Shown here one piece after another: positions 23,156-35,562 of a stretch of DNA of 35,848 bases (position 1 is its first letter; the number at the start of each line of letters is the position of its first letter). Location of the stretch: contig JALDZS010000221.1 of the NCBI GenBank assembly GCA_022813965.1, forward strand, positions 1 to 35,848, read 5' to 3'. The translations under genes were made by a program, and so were the position numbers. The notes below the pieces were generated by a model, which saw only the letters and a list, made by a program, of their open reading frames with translations, searched no databases and was not told the origin of the DNA. The stretch is from Toensbergia leucococca. Its lineage: Eukaryota.

Positions 23156-26100
23156 TTACGCCAACATTCCACACTCAGCGCACTCCACCATCTTCTCTCC
23201 CTTTCCCCGAAAACTCGCCCTAAAACTCCTCCCACCACACCTCCGACACCGAGCCTCCGCTCCCCTTTCCCCGTCCTCAACACTACTCTCCTCACTACTA
23301 AGCGCACTAACAGCACTCTCCCGCCTCCCGATCGGCAACCCCAAATGAGTCGGATCATAACTCCCGTTACTGCTTCCCCCATTACTACCTGACTTGTCGC
23401 GGTCATGACGGGATGCCCCGGCCGCCTGGTCGCGATAGACCTGCTTATTCCAGAACATGTAGGATTGATCGCCTTGGAGCACGAGAGGGTCGTGGTCGGG
23501 AACAGGGAAGGCGGGGTGGGGTTTTTGGAAGAGGTCGGGAGTTGCGGGATCGTGAAGAGCTGTGGTGGAGTCCTGAGAGGTTTTGTGGGTGCTGGCCGGC
23601 GGGGATGTTGTTGAGATGGAGGGGGTATCGGTCGTGGTGAGGGTGTGGTTATTGTTACGGGGAGTGGTGTTTGTGGATTGGAGGGATGCTTGCCCAATGG
23701 ATTTGCGGGGAGAGACGCTGCGGTGGTGGCCGTTGCGAAGGTTGTCTAGACTGCTGTTGCTGACGATGGTTTGGCGCCAGGAAAGAATACGGTCGGATGA
23801 GGGGTGGGGGCTGGGAAGAGATTCTCTACCTGAGCTTCTGCTGTTGCGTGTAGCGACTGAGCTGTTTCTGCCAAGCATCTTCTTCGCATCCCAGGTTTCA
23901 TTGCGAAGACGGTTTTGGTAAGCACAGTCTTGGCGGAAAACTTTGATGTGGCCCATATAGTCGGCTGTAACAATGATATTGCCGTCAGGATGGGCGGAAC
24001 GAGCAATGTAGGCAGGTGATTCTTCGGATTTCTGTGGTTTGCTGTGATCAGTTACAGTGGGGGTTGGTGGAACACTGCCATCCGCATACTGATCATTCTC
24101 TGTGGGAGGCTTGGATGAAGAATGAGATTCTGATCGGCTGACCAAAGTGACTGGTGGCGGATTACATAGGTCGTAGAGCGGGTCGCCTGAAACGCCCAAG
24201 AGCTGCCTGGTCTTTACTGGAGCCATGATGGCGATGGTGACAATTGCTGAATGAGCTTCAAACATTTCGACTGGCCTCTTATCCTTGTCCTTCTCCGGTG
24301 GTCCAGTCGACCAGATATAGGCTTTGCGGTCTTCACTGCCACATATAATGTATCGCATATCATCGTTGAATGAGGCATGGATTTGGCTGCAACTATTTTC
24401 ATTGCCTTTGACCTTGATTTCAAGGCCTTTGTCTCGAAGGTTGTACACTCGCACTCGAGAGTCATTGCTAGTGATGAGAACTTTGATCTCGCCATTGGCA
24501 TCATCCGGCGGATAATTAATTGCTTGAATGCCAGTGACCTTACTCCCCTTTGCATTCTTCCCGTGCGCCGATCGAACGTGAATCTGAGATTGGAGTTTCA
24601 AGCCCTCAGTATCGTAAAAGAGGCAAAGTCCGTTAAGGCAACCCGCAATTGCAGTTTTGCCGTCTGGAGAAAAAGCAACTGCAGTGATGAGATCTGGCAA
24701 TTGGCTCGAAAATGCAACGTTCTTGTCAGGTATACTCCAGAATCGAAGCTTCGAGTCCAAAGATCCTGCTAAGAAGAATCGATCATCGCGAGGATGAAAT
24801 TGAATCGAGGTCACGAAATCACTATGGGTGAAAGTACATAAACACTCAGTCCTGCTCAAATGCCATAATTTGACTGTTTTGTCCATTGAAGAGGACAAAA
24901 GAAAATTGTTCTGTGCGAATCAGCCCATGCGAATATGATATGGCGGAGTGCTGAGTATACCTTACTCCAACTCAAGTCTAGTACACTTGCAGTATGACCT
25001 CCATACTCTTGCACAGTCTTTGTTTTGAACACAGGCGCGTTGAGCCTGACACTTTCACCGTTCTTCGCAACTGCATCTTCTTCCTTCTCATGTGCTCGAC
25101 GATCTTCTGGTGTGGCGATGACTGCCCAGACCCTCACGGAATAATCTCGTCCTCCAGCAGCCAGATATTCTCCGTCTTTCGAGAATTCCATCGCCCATAC
25201 GGCATTGCCATCTTTCTTGGTATTGCTATCGTTGAAAGCTCCTCCTCTGACTACTCTTCCTCCAGCTTGGGCAATCTCAACGCTTGTCCTTCCTCTCAAC
25301 TCTTGTGCCAGAAAGACACGATTGAACTCTTTCTCTTTTTTCCCATGCGAGCGGACTTTGATATATTTCGGTGGTGCGGGGAACCGAGGGATAAATCCAA
25401 TTGGTTGCGAAAAGACATCTGCGTCCATTCCTTCAGTTCTCCTGTCGCCTTGATCCGACGCATTCTCGTCGAAGTCTGCTACATCTTTTCTTTTGGAACC
25501 GATGAAGCGACTAAGGAAGGATACACCTTTCCTACTGAGATGAAAATTGTAAGCGTGGCTGCTTACATGGTCTACGCGCGCACAGCCACTATAGCTACAG
25601 AAGGCGGTGGTATCATATTGATGGGCTGGAATAAGGGAATGGTAGGGCTTACTTTTTCTCTTTATTAGTCGAGTTATGGGAGTCGGCTCGTGTTATTATT
25701 GGCTCTGCGGAAACTCGAGCTGGTGCTGATAGGTCCCCATTCTTGTCATACTCGAACTCACCCTCGGAAGATGCTCCTGTACGAAATCTCTGCGGTGTCA
25801 TATGTTCTGGTTGCGTACGTTTAAGTATATGCTATGTGGACGTATCATGAGCTGGGATGTAACGTGGATTCTGTTTGAGATTTGTCAACATACCGCGGAC
25901 AACGGATCAATTGTCTGCGACTCTCTTCTTCCTTCAGAAGCAGCAATTTGCCCGACATGACTGTTGGAGAGGTTGCGTATAAGCTTATTTGGGAAGCTTT
26001 TGTTGTTTGTTATTGGTCGGACTGTACGAAATCAACAATGTTAGCAACTTCCGAACCAGCCGAAACGTAGCCAACCTTACCTTCAATAGAGCCTCCGGAC

Positions 26101-26222
26101 GCAAACCTCGCGTCCTTGGTCACGTCCAAATTGTCTGTTACCGAGGAAGATGTTGGTGAGTCATCTAGCGAAGGACCGTCTTGTGGATCAGTTACTTTGA
26201 TCTGTGGAAGCACCTCGGCCAT
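23156..26222 (-). CDS. WD40-repeat protein of the WDR44/Dgr2-like family. Exons 26222-26081, 26021-25894, 25831-25653, 25531-24961, 24910-23156
   Basis: KEFNRVFLAQEL, AVWAMEFSKDGEYLAAGG, GHTASVLDLSWSK/NNFLLSSSMDKTVKLWH, HSDFVTSIQFHPRDDRFFLAGSLDSKLR, LITSNDSRVRVY. C-terminal CxxC..CxxC. Four GT-AG introns keep the frame. Confidence 0.9.
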
Positions 26223-28244
26223 GGTCTGTCATTTGGTAGCAGGCTGGCAGCAGTCTCGCCTATCGATACAGTAGTGAAAGCGCATGGATACGGCGTTCCA
26301 TTCACCCAAGTTCGCTGAATGAGAGATCCATGTCAAAACCTACAGGTACCTTACAAAGAGTGGTGGCCAAACACTGTCAACCTAAGTCGGTAGGTGAGAA
26401 TGTTTCTGTGACAATACGACTACTCGTACCGTATGGTGGTATCGCAGCATGTGAATTAGAATAGGGTTTACCATTCTATTAGGGCAGATACCAAGGTTTT
26501 CTTGGAGGATCTCAAGTAGAAGATTGCCCCAAACCAGTCTTACTTCGATGATATCCATGAATGCAAAATATGAAAACCGAAGAAGATAAAAAGGGATTGA
26601 TTCAGCAGTCTCAAGAGATGACAATTCCCTCAAGACAGAGTTCTCTCGTTTTGAACTCAAGTAGACTACCACCTGCAAAACTAGAAAATTGTCAAGTTGA
26701 GATTAGGTACCCTCGGTACCTAATAATCTGTTACCGTGGTGACACGCAAAAATTAACTCAGGTATCGTCAGCTTCGTCAAGCTGGTACTTGACGAAATAT
26801 CAACTGGTACCTTGCGGCACGACGTCATATCTCTTGGCGGCCCGAAATGGAATGACAACACGCACTTTTCACTTTCAGACTTTTGAGATAGCGACCTAAG
26901 CATGTGAAGTCGAGTCAGTATGAGATCGAGATTCTATCATTGAGCGGCGTTATCAATTGGGTAGCATGGCTGGGAAAAGTAAAAGGCGTCCATGACTATT
27001 GATATGCAGGTTTCGAAACCTCGCCTGGAAGCAGCAGCGAAAGCCAAATTCCGTAGAAGCCTGACCGCCTTCCATGGCTTGCATAGAGTCTATTACAATG
27101 TGTGGCATCCTGATGCATTGCTTCACCGCTGATTCATATATACCTACCGAGTAGGTAAGTGCATATGCGCAGAATACCGGAAGGCACCAATCCCGATAAA
27201 TTGTTATATGCCAGGGTGGCAATGCAGCTGGATGATGGTGGATAATATGAAAGAAATTTGAAAGGGTCATTTGTGTAACCAGACAGAGTTCAGAAAATGA
27301 AAGCAAAGTTTCCTTGCTATGAGTACCGTACTCATTGGATTGATCTTACTGTGCTTCCATTGGTGGAATGTAAATTTGTGAGATCGAGATCCAAGCGCTC
27401 CTTGCGCTGGGTATAGTGACCACGGAACAATTGTCCGTTTAACTGTTCAACAAAATGCTATTTTGACTCAGCGCTCATCAGCAGTAGCGTTCCAAAATTC
27501 GAAGAGCGTGATCAATACAATGCAACAGCAAGTAGTCGTGTACACACATAACCGTGCACTGGGCAGGCGTGAAGTACCATTTCACAAGCTCGAACTAACG
27601 TCCGTAAAGATTCAAGTCTTCGGATTTAAACTTTTAATCGAGAACCGACAGGAGGATTTTTGTGGAGAAGATCGACGTCTGGCTCGGATCAGTAAAAACA
27701 GGCGAATGCAGACTAGGCACCTTAGGTGGCGAACCAGTGTGTGATCCATGTTTCTCATGTGCAGATGTGCGGCGTGGCACACTGAGGACACGAACTCTAA
27801 TCCAGTATTCAATCAATTCTCTCCCTTATACTCTAGACTAGTCATGCTAACTGACGGCTTTTGGAAATCGTGATGATTGTTCTTTGGACGAAGAAGACCG
27901 TTTACTGCCGCTGTGCCGTCCCATTCATATTCTGCTACAGCCTGATTTCGGAATGCGGCATCTGTAGGATTTTGGGCTGGGTAGCGTGACCGTTGGAGGC
28001 ATTTGTTTGAGTACGAGTAATCCATTGTGGCACTATTAATCTAGATTCCTGGGCCGCTATTTGAGACTAGCCCGAGGTCGCATTCCCATTCGTCCAAGCC
28101 CAATATTACCAGGTTCTCCGCATTTTCCAGCTATCCGGGAGCATGCCAATTCTGGGGGTACTCTGTGGTACTTATGCCGTGATACTTCGCCATCATTAAA
28201 TTTACCAAACATGCTGCCCCTGATAGACCCAGGGCACCACTGAA

Positions 28245-29054
28245 ATGCTAATAGAATGGTCAAGGCCTAGACCTATCTATCGACACGACAAGAAGGCCGT
28301 TCATGTCAAAGAAGTTACATTCGTCACCTCCACTCGCCCAGCATTGGCTTCGATTCAACAACAACAACCACCTTCCAAAAGACTTCGAGAACAGGCAGAT
28401 GTGGATGGAGAAGGATCCGAGAACACGCAGAAAAAGAAAAGGAGGCTCCGACTCGACCTCATCACATCAAGGCTCAGTAGACCATACGCAACACCAGCTA
28501 CGCATATTATCGGTCGAGGTGTATCGAAGATTGCCACATGGGCACGACGGAAGGCTTTGGGAAGGGTTTCTCTTCGCAAAGCCGCTAGCTTGAATTGGAT
28601 TAGGATGAAGAAGGCTAGCACGGAAGACGCGAAGAAAAGACAACTCAGACCGGCCGAGAATACTCCATTGCATGACGAGTCCTACGAGACACTTTCGGCT
28701 TCTGCGGCTGACAATCGCCAACGACAATCGTCTCCACCGCCTCGGAGTATTGCTCATCAGGAGCATCTCCCTCCTTTCCCGTCGCCGTTAGGGGCGTCGT
28801 ATTATGATGCGTTTGACGAAGAGGGAGACCCGTTTGACGAAGACCAAGATACTGCGGAAAACGAGACTGTATACAGCGATTTCAATAGACTGGAGACCAT
28901 GGATCTCGATGAAGATAACTACGATTCGTTGGCTCCATTTGAAAGCAACCCGGTTGAAGATCTCCGACCCCCTACTCCTGGTAGAGAGATTGTTGATCTG
29001 ATTATGGAGAATGAGCGACAGGAAGAGGGGTCATTTGTGCATCTGCGTTCTTGA
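28245..29054 (+). CDS. Hypothetical fungal protein, single exon (basic NLS-like region, acidic C-terminus)
   Basis: Clean 269-aa ORF; KR.R...KKKRRLRLDLITSRLSRPYATPATHI block followed by an acidic YDAFDEE..VYSDF region. Confidence 0.75.
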   Translation: MLIEWSRPRPIYRHDKKAVHVKEVTFVTSTRPALASIQQQQPPSKRLREQADVDGEGSENTQKKKRRLRLDLITSRLSRPYATPATHIIGRGVSKIATWARRKALGRVSLRKAASLNWIRMKKASTEDAKKRQLRPAENTPLHDESYETLSASAADNRQRQSSPPPRSIAHQEHLPPFPSPLGASYYDAFDEEGDPFDEDQDTAENETVYSDFNRLETMDLDEDNYDSLAPFESNPVEDLRPPTPGREIVDLIMENERQEEGSFVHLRS

Positions 29055-29213
29055 AAGACATGCATTCTCCATTCCCTTGTTTATGTCCGGTATTTTGGGT
29101 CAGGCGTTGATTCACTTCTTGAAATGAGCCTTTTGTATACCCCCATAGCGTGGAGTTGCAAGGAGCTTATTTGGGCGAATGATGGTTTGGATATCCCGTC
29201 CCGGTTCATTTAA

Positions 29214-29862
29214 TCACGTTTCCGCATTCAGTTTGCGAGCTCGGTCGGCAGCAATATCGCACATTGCCTGGACTTGTTATCAGTGAACTATATCTATAAA
29301 TGAGAGGAGCAAACGAACCTTGATTGCCTCAGCTCGCTCCATGCGGATATCTCCACGATCAATGCGTAATCTCATGTCCTCCATTATGGTTGGTCGAGTC
29401 CTGCCGTTGACAAAAACACTTCGTGGGAACATTAGCTTAAAATGTTGAATGGGTCAAAGGAGTTACCAACACATATCTCAATCCTGGGAATGTTTGTTCA
29501 TATTCATCATTGAGTTTGAATAACTTCTCCTCCTGGAGAGGATCGCTCGAACTGAGCTGTGCCTGTTCTGCTCGACTTTGTGCACTATCCACTTTCTTCT
29601 GACCTAACCTTGGGTGAGCCTCTAGGATGGCCTCCAACCATTTGGTATCGCTTGTAGAAGTCGAACCAGCCAAGTCCATCAGCTGAACAGCAATTCTAGC
29701 TATCAAACTGTCATAGGATGAAAAGGTCTTCTCTTTTAACAATTCTACTGAAAGAGTATGGAGAGGTACGCAAGGCTCGAAGAGATGATCAAGAACGCCT
29801 GCTCGCTCCGCAGTTGTAAGGGTTGTCAATGTGGAAACGGGGGGAATCTTGTACGTTGCCAT
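29214..29862 (-). CDS. OHCU decarboxylase (UraD family, urate catabolism). Exons 29862-29471, 29418-29319, 29267-29214
   Basis: LDHLFEP, ILEAHPRLG, SAQSRAEQ, LNDEYEQTFPGLRYV/VFVNGRTR...EAIK/AMCDIAADRA; two GT-AG introns. Confidence 0.9.
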
Positions 29863-30289
29863 TGATTTACAGGTGCAACTGGATCTCAGGCGTATGATTG
29901 AAGAAGGATGATTACATAGGCACGAGGTATGGGGAAAGATAGGAATGATAAGGGCTTGAATTTTAGCCTGCGGCCCGTGTTTGTGCCTTGCATACGGAGT
30001 ACTTAGTTCTAGAATGTAATCTCACGTCTCCCCCCCGTGTGGACTTGGAGAAATTGAGCACCAGCCACTTCATGTTAACTTCGGCCTTCGACTGAGCTGG
30101 TCTCACTCGACAACTAGACACGCATCCATAAGCATTGCCAATCATTGCGCTTCGAATATGCAACGCCGTGCTGCCATACAATCATCACCTCCCACACCCT
30201 TGATATGATACCAGATCCCCGCCATTAAGCGACCCTACTTGCGCATGTAAATTCTCATCGTGGAGGGAAAGTCTTGATGAAGAAAGGCC

Positions 30290-33200
30290 ATGTCGCTCAA
30301 CGGCTTAGATACCGTGAAAATCAATGACACATATCAAACAGCTTTGGCCGAAGCTGGAGGATGGTACGAGACCTTCCCCTATCATCGATCACGTTGCTAA
30401 TAGTCACTACCAGGTTTCTGCTTAAGTACATTACGCGCGATGAGGTTGATCTACTCCAATGCGGAAGCGGAGGACACACCGAAGTGAGGGAGGCTATCAA
30501 TCAATATGAAGAAAAATCACCTTTGTATGGTTTTGTACAGTATCGAAGGAGGAAGGTGATTCTTAAATATATCTGCGAAGGGACCTCACGACTCCTTCAA
30601 GGTAAACATAATATCCTCACAATACAGAACAATCTGATTATATGGCTAAGTATAATTTTAAACAGCTCGGGTTTCTGTTCATTTTCAGTCCATCACTGAA
30701 AAATTCATACCACATGATGCAACATTCTCCTTCGCGGCGTCTTCAGAATTGACAGAGACATCTCTGTCTTCTGCTTGCTCTCTCCGCCCTGAGTCTTCCT
30801 CAATCAAGTCCAGTAGCTCTCTTCGAGGCCGAGGTCTAGCAGAAATCCCAGAAGACACCGACGAAGCCCAGGCTTTAGCCACCCGTAGGCCATATAGTAC
30901 TACGGGTCAGGAGAAGTCTGAAGACACTGAAGACACCTTAGTAGCAGCAGTGCTTGGTGACGAGATTCAAAACTGGCGTAGTGATAAACGCACGGCAAAT
31001 AGGCAGGAGCTTCCACAATCCTTTACACAACGCAATCTAGATAAATCGTTACCAGCAATACCTACTGGTGCTGTCGATGAGAAGGACACGAACAACATAG
31101 ATGTCGACCCTGGTGATCACGACCTGAGACTTGGTGTTGACAGACGCCCATCCTCTCAGTCCGTGCGCCCCAACGTGCAAGATCTTCATAGTGCTCATAG
31201 CAACAAACCCAAGGCAAAGGTAGGTCCTCGTCCATCTCTTGATTCAAGTGACCGGTCGCGTACCTCCGGCTCATTTTCTCGTCTAAACGGGCCTCGGCCA
31301 GTCTCAACGCTACCTGCCAGCGTCCGCATTCCTGTGCGTAAGAAATCGCCTGCAAGATCCAGATCTCAGCAGAGTGAGTCCAGGGTCTCGAACATAGAGA
31401 GCCCGGGAATTCTGCCATTAGATCACTTCACTGCTTTGCCGACAGGGACCCCTGAGATGTCGACTTCCATCCCAAGTGACATAATACCCACCTCCACAAA
31501 GGTTGAACAGCCTAAATCTCTGACCATGACGCCCGAAAAACGAAGATTGATGAAGGCTTTACAGCTTCGCCAAAAACAGATGTCTGCTCGTGCCCCAGCA
31601 GCAGACCCCCAACCCCAGCTTTCCCAGTCAACACTAGCCCTGGGTAATACTTCTGCCTCTACAAAGCCCGAGATCGATGGGACAACTCTGGATTCCTCAG
31701 ATAATATATCCAATACCACCAGAGAACCTGACATTGTGCACTTCGGTACGAAAGATTTCGATCAAGAGCCACATCTAAATTCCGAGTCCTCGCCACTTTC
31801 CATTCCTGAACCATCGGATGGACCTTCGACGCAAGCATCATCCATTACAGATGATGAAGAAGATCCACTGCCGGAATCACATGGGAGAATGCCTGAAACC
31901 ATTGCCCTGTCATCCGAAAATGAAACTTTGAGCAATGGTGGGCCGATAGAGACGATAGAGTCATCAAAACGCTCGTACGGGGATAAAGACATGATCAATC
32001 CGCTTCAAGTGAGGCAGCCTCCAACACCAAGGTCTATACGCGATTCCGTGCATGTGGTTTGTCCTCATGAAGTGCCTCTCCCACCTATCAGCGAAGACGA
32101 AGAACTCAGCCTTCGCCCTCAGCAGGAGACAGACAAGGAGAGCAATATCACACATGCCATCACTCATTCTGGAATTGAGTGTCTGGGCCTGTCCTCAGCG
32201 AGCAATAGTCAATCCCGAATTGATACCGAGGACTTCAACATGTCTAGACCGTCCACAGCCGACACTGTCGAACACAGACGTGCAGAGCTGCGAGCACGAA
32301 GACGTGGCTGGGTAGATCCAATTAGAACGCTGTCTAGCCCAGAAGATTCTGATGACAATTTTCTATCCGATGACTCGTTCTTAGAAGAATTGAAGAGCGC
32401 TACTGTACAGGAAGCGAAGCCCATATCCGTGTCGAAGTCTCCAATTACGCCTGTATTTCCCAGACCGCCTAGCGAAAAGCGATCAAGTGAAGTGGAGAAG
32501 CCCACTCGCGTTGTATCGAGTCCTCTTCATGGCAGCATCGGGCAGGATCAAGGCTATCTCTTCGCAAGTCTCCCGAGTCACACCGCTACTCGGTCCTTTT
32601 CTACATCGACTTCTCCCATTCATCGGTTTCAGCAAGCTTCAGTGCCTTTGTCGAAGAAGGCCAGCGTCTCCTCGGGAATCTCGCAAAGAATTAAGGCTCT
32701 CGAATTATTATCGAGTCGCGAGACGAGCCCAGTACCCCAATCGCCACCATCCGCTACACCTGCTGGCGCATCTCCAGCCTTTTCTAAGCTCCGTGAATCG
32801 TCTCTCCAAACACATTCAGCAAGGCCAGACTTGTCGAAAAGCATAGGCCACAAAGGCCGCAGACCCGCACCCTATCCATCGTCATCTCCTTCACCCGAAG
32901 CTAGCCCCCCCAATCAGCGAGTAAGCTCCATCTATACCCACGTAGGCACTAAACCAGGAAGATCACAGCCGGAATCCATTTCCGTGACGGCAACAATCAT
33001 CCGGGATGCACAGAACCAGAACCCTGCAGTGCCCCTAAATCCATCCGAACCACAGGCTATGAATCTCCATCATAGTCCGCTCATGGTCGAGCATCAAGCT
33101 ACCGGCAATGCCCCACCAAAATCTCTCCAGATACCTCCTAATATGCATAATTCTAATAACCAGCAAGATGAGTCAACATTGAGCCAAGATCCGAAACCCG

Positions 33201-34116
33201 AGCCCTTCCCTACTGGAAGACGAGGCTCCTCCAACAGCAAGATTTCAGACTCGAGCCGCAAGGAGGGCGATGCGGATTTTCCGCGCTCGACCAGCGAGAC
33301 TTCCTCCAACGGCTTTTCCGGCCCAGACGTACCGAAAGAAGAAAGGAAGGAATCGAGAAAGAGTCGACTGCTCAAACGCATGTCCTCCATCTCATCCGCC
33401 TCTCGTCGAAGCCTAGTCCATGCTCTTAGCCCTTCGGTAAAGGAGCAGCCAATCATCGAACATCACGAAGTGATCCCCGAAGCCCTACCCGCTGTTGTAA
33501 ATTTAGGAGATGTGAACATCCAATTCCCATACACTTTGGTGCGGCCTCCCCACCCTCGTGACCTTCTCGTCACACTAATCCAGGCCTCTAGCTCTGGAAA
33601 CGGCGCCACATGCTCATCGACGATCAAGGAAACCTAATCCTCTCCAACTCAAAAGGAGACAACGTAAGCCCCCCCAAACGCAAATTGGCACCCTCTCCAA
33701 CTCCAGACACAAACATCCTCACTAATTCCCCAAATAGAACTCAAAAGTAGCCACAAAACGCTACCCCCTCTCCGACTTCCATCCCCCCTACGCCCCCGAC
33801 CAAGACCGACAAGAACTTCCAAACAGTAATGCCTACCTCCCTTACCCCCCACCCCCCAAAATAAGAGACAATACACAAAAACTAACGGCTCCCAAAAAAA
33901 AGGCGTAATCCTCGACTTCACCGACGGCAGTACCCTCCAATGCGCCTGCGAATCCCCCTCCACCCAAGCCGAAGTCTTGAAAAGTATATCTCCCCCTCCC
34001 CTGCTTTTCCCCCCAAACAAACCACGAAAAAAGGGAGAATCGTAAACTGACATTACGTGAAACCAACAGCCTTACACGAAGCCCATCGCGCTTATTGCTC
34101 CTTGTACATGCCCTGA
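30290..34116 (+). CDS. Large protein with an N-terminal ADF-H/cofilin-like domain, long Ser/Pro-rich disordered middle and C-terminal PH-like domain. Exons 30290-30363, 30414-30601, 30666-33538, 33592-33663, 33738-33825, 33903-33983, 34070-34116
   Basis: MSLNGLD...AGGW/FLLKYITRDEV...GSGG..E...PLYGFVQYRRRKVILKYI.EGTSRLLQ/ARVSVHF (ADF-H-like). C-terminus VNIQFPYTL/LWKRRHMLIDDQGNLIL...DRQELPN/SVILDFTDGSTLQCACE. Six frame-restoring introns. Confidence 0.85.
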
Positions 34117-34697
34117 CCCCATTCCACCCGCCTCGATACTTTCTTCCTTTTTTTTTCCTGGGAAAAGATATACCCCCCTCCGCTTCAAATGTTGATTCTA
34201 CGACACGCACATATACCCAGCCCACCTTACCTACTTACATCCACTCCACCATCCACCTGTTCAAAACCTCGAACTCAGAACCCCCTTCGACGAAATCAAG
34301 GTTCCCATTACCCAAACGACTATACCCCTCGCGCTTTCGTCCCGCATAATCCCCCCACTCCCCCTCCCCAAAGTTACAACCATTTTTTTCTGTTTCAAAA
34401 AACATTCAATGGATACATACGGCGTGATTGGTTTTTTTACGCGGGGCGGGGGTGCGAGTGGCTCTTTTTACGTTTGGGGTAATGTAATGTTTTTTTGATA
34501 TCATTTCGTGCCGCCCCACCCCCCCCAACGGAGGGAATTAGCGGGGGGAGGGAAAAGGCTGTACATGATCGTTTACGTTTATGCACGGATAGAGTAGAGA
34601 TGATGAAAAGGAACTGTAAAGCCAAAGCTTGTTTGGTTGTGAGATGGGTGTTCGTGCTGTCTTTGCTGCTGCTGTGTAGGTCCCTGCTCCGCTACAC

Positions 34698-34769
34698 TTC
34701 GTACAGCAGAACACCCCCAGCTCCGAATATCAATTCGTACAGCAGAACACCCCCATCTCTGAATATCAA
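34698..34769 (+). repeat. 36-bp tandem duplication (2 copies, 2 mismatches)
   Basis: ttcgtacagcagaacacccccagctccgaatatcaa / ttcgtacagcagaacacccccatctctgaatatcaa. Confidence 0.9.
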
Positions 34770-35455
34770 CCTCCCCACCAATCTCAGGGCTTCTAAACAT
34801 CCATATTCGCACCAACCAGAGGAAAGAGGATCCAGACCCCACCAGCCCCGAGCACCACTTCCCCTGATGATTCCCTTCCACCCAGCCACACAACCCAAAA
34901 GCGCCTACCACGCCCTCTCCCTGCTCCGGACCCCCACAGCACGGACTTTCCCGCTTCCGGCTCCCCGAGGGCGTCACTGGTATCAGGACGTTTCTGTTTT
35001 GTCGGAACGGCCTTGGTTCTGGAAGTCCGGTTCTTGGGTCTTGGCTCCCGCGCGGGACGAGTGCGTTGTTATTTTGATGGGGAGAGGTTGGTTCGCCCTT
35101 ATTTGCGATCAGAGTGGGGAAAGGGGGGGTTGAGTTGGCGCGGGAGTGTTATCGAGGTTGACTGTTCTGGTTTGTTGGAAGATGTATGTACTCTGCTTTA
35201 GCTAGAGAGGGGGATTGTAGATTGGGTTGGGTTGTTGGCTGGATGGTAAAAATACGCATATCTTTTTGAACCGAGTTTTTTTTTTTGGAAAGAAGGCTCG
35301 ATGGGTTTTGGATTGGTGTGATTGTAATCATTCTTAATCGATTTAGGGGTAAATCGAAGAATTTTGGGAATTTTTTGGAATCTAGGTTTCCGCCTCGGAG
35401 AAAATTGGAGGCTGAGGATAAAGAGATGAAAATGCGACCGGTATATAGGTGACTG

Positions 35456-35562
35456 TGATCCTGAGCAAAGTTGGTTGAAAAGGCTGGTTGATCGGTATGA
35501 CACTTGGAGCAAGAAGTATCATACTGATCAGTCAACTCTCCGAACAACTTTCCTAAAGATCA
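35456..35562. repeat. Imperfect ~50-bp inverted repeat with an 8-nt spacer
   Basis: 35456-35505 (tgatcctgagcaaagttggttg...tgatcggtatgacactt) versus the reverse complement of 35514-35562 (tgatctttaggaaagttgttcg...tgatcagtatgatactt). Confidence 0.8.

Noticed and set aside
20231..25668. Numerous antisense or alternate-frame ORFs over OAC1, SWD2 and the WD40 gene
   Set aside because: Shadow ORFs of GC-rich real exons with no recognisable domains.
26382..28263. Short ORFs in the divergent intergenic region
   Set aside because: No domain motifs or coherent splice structure.
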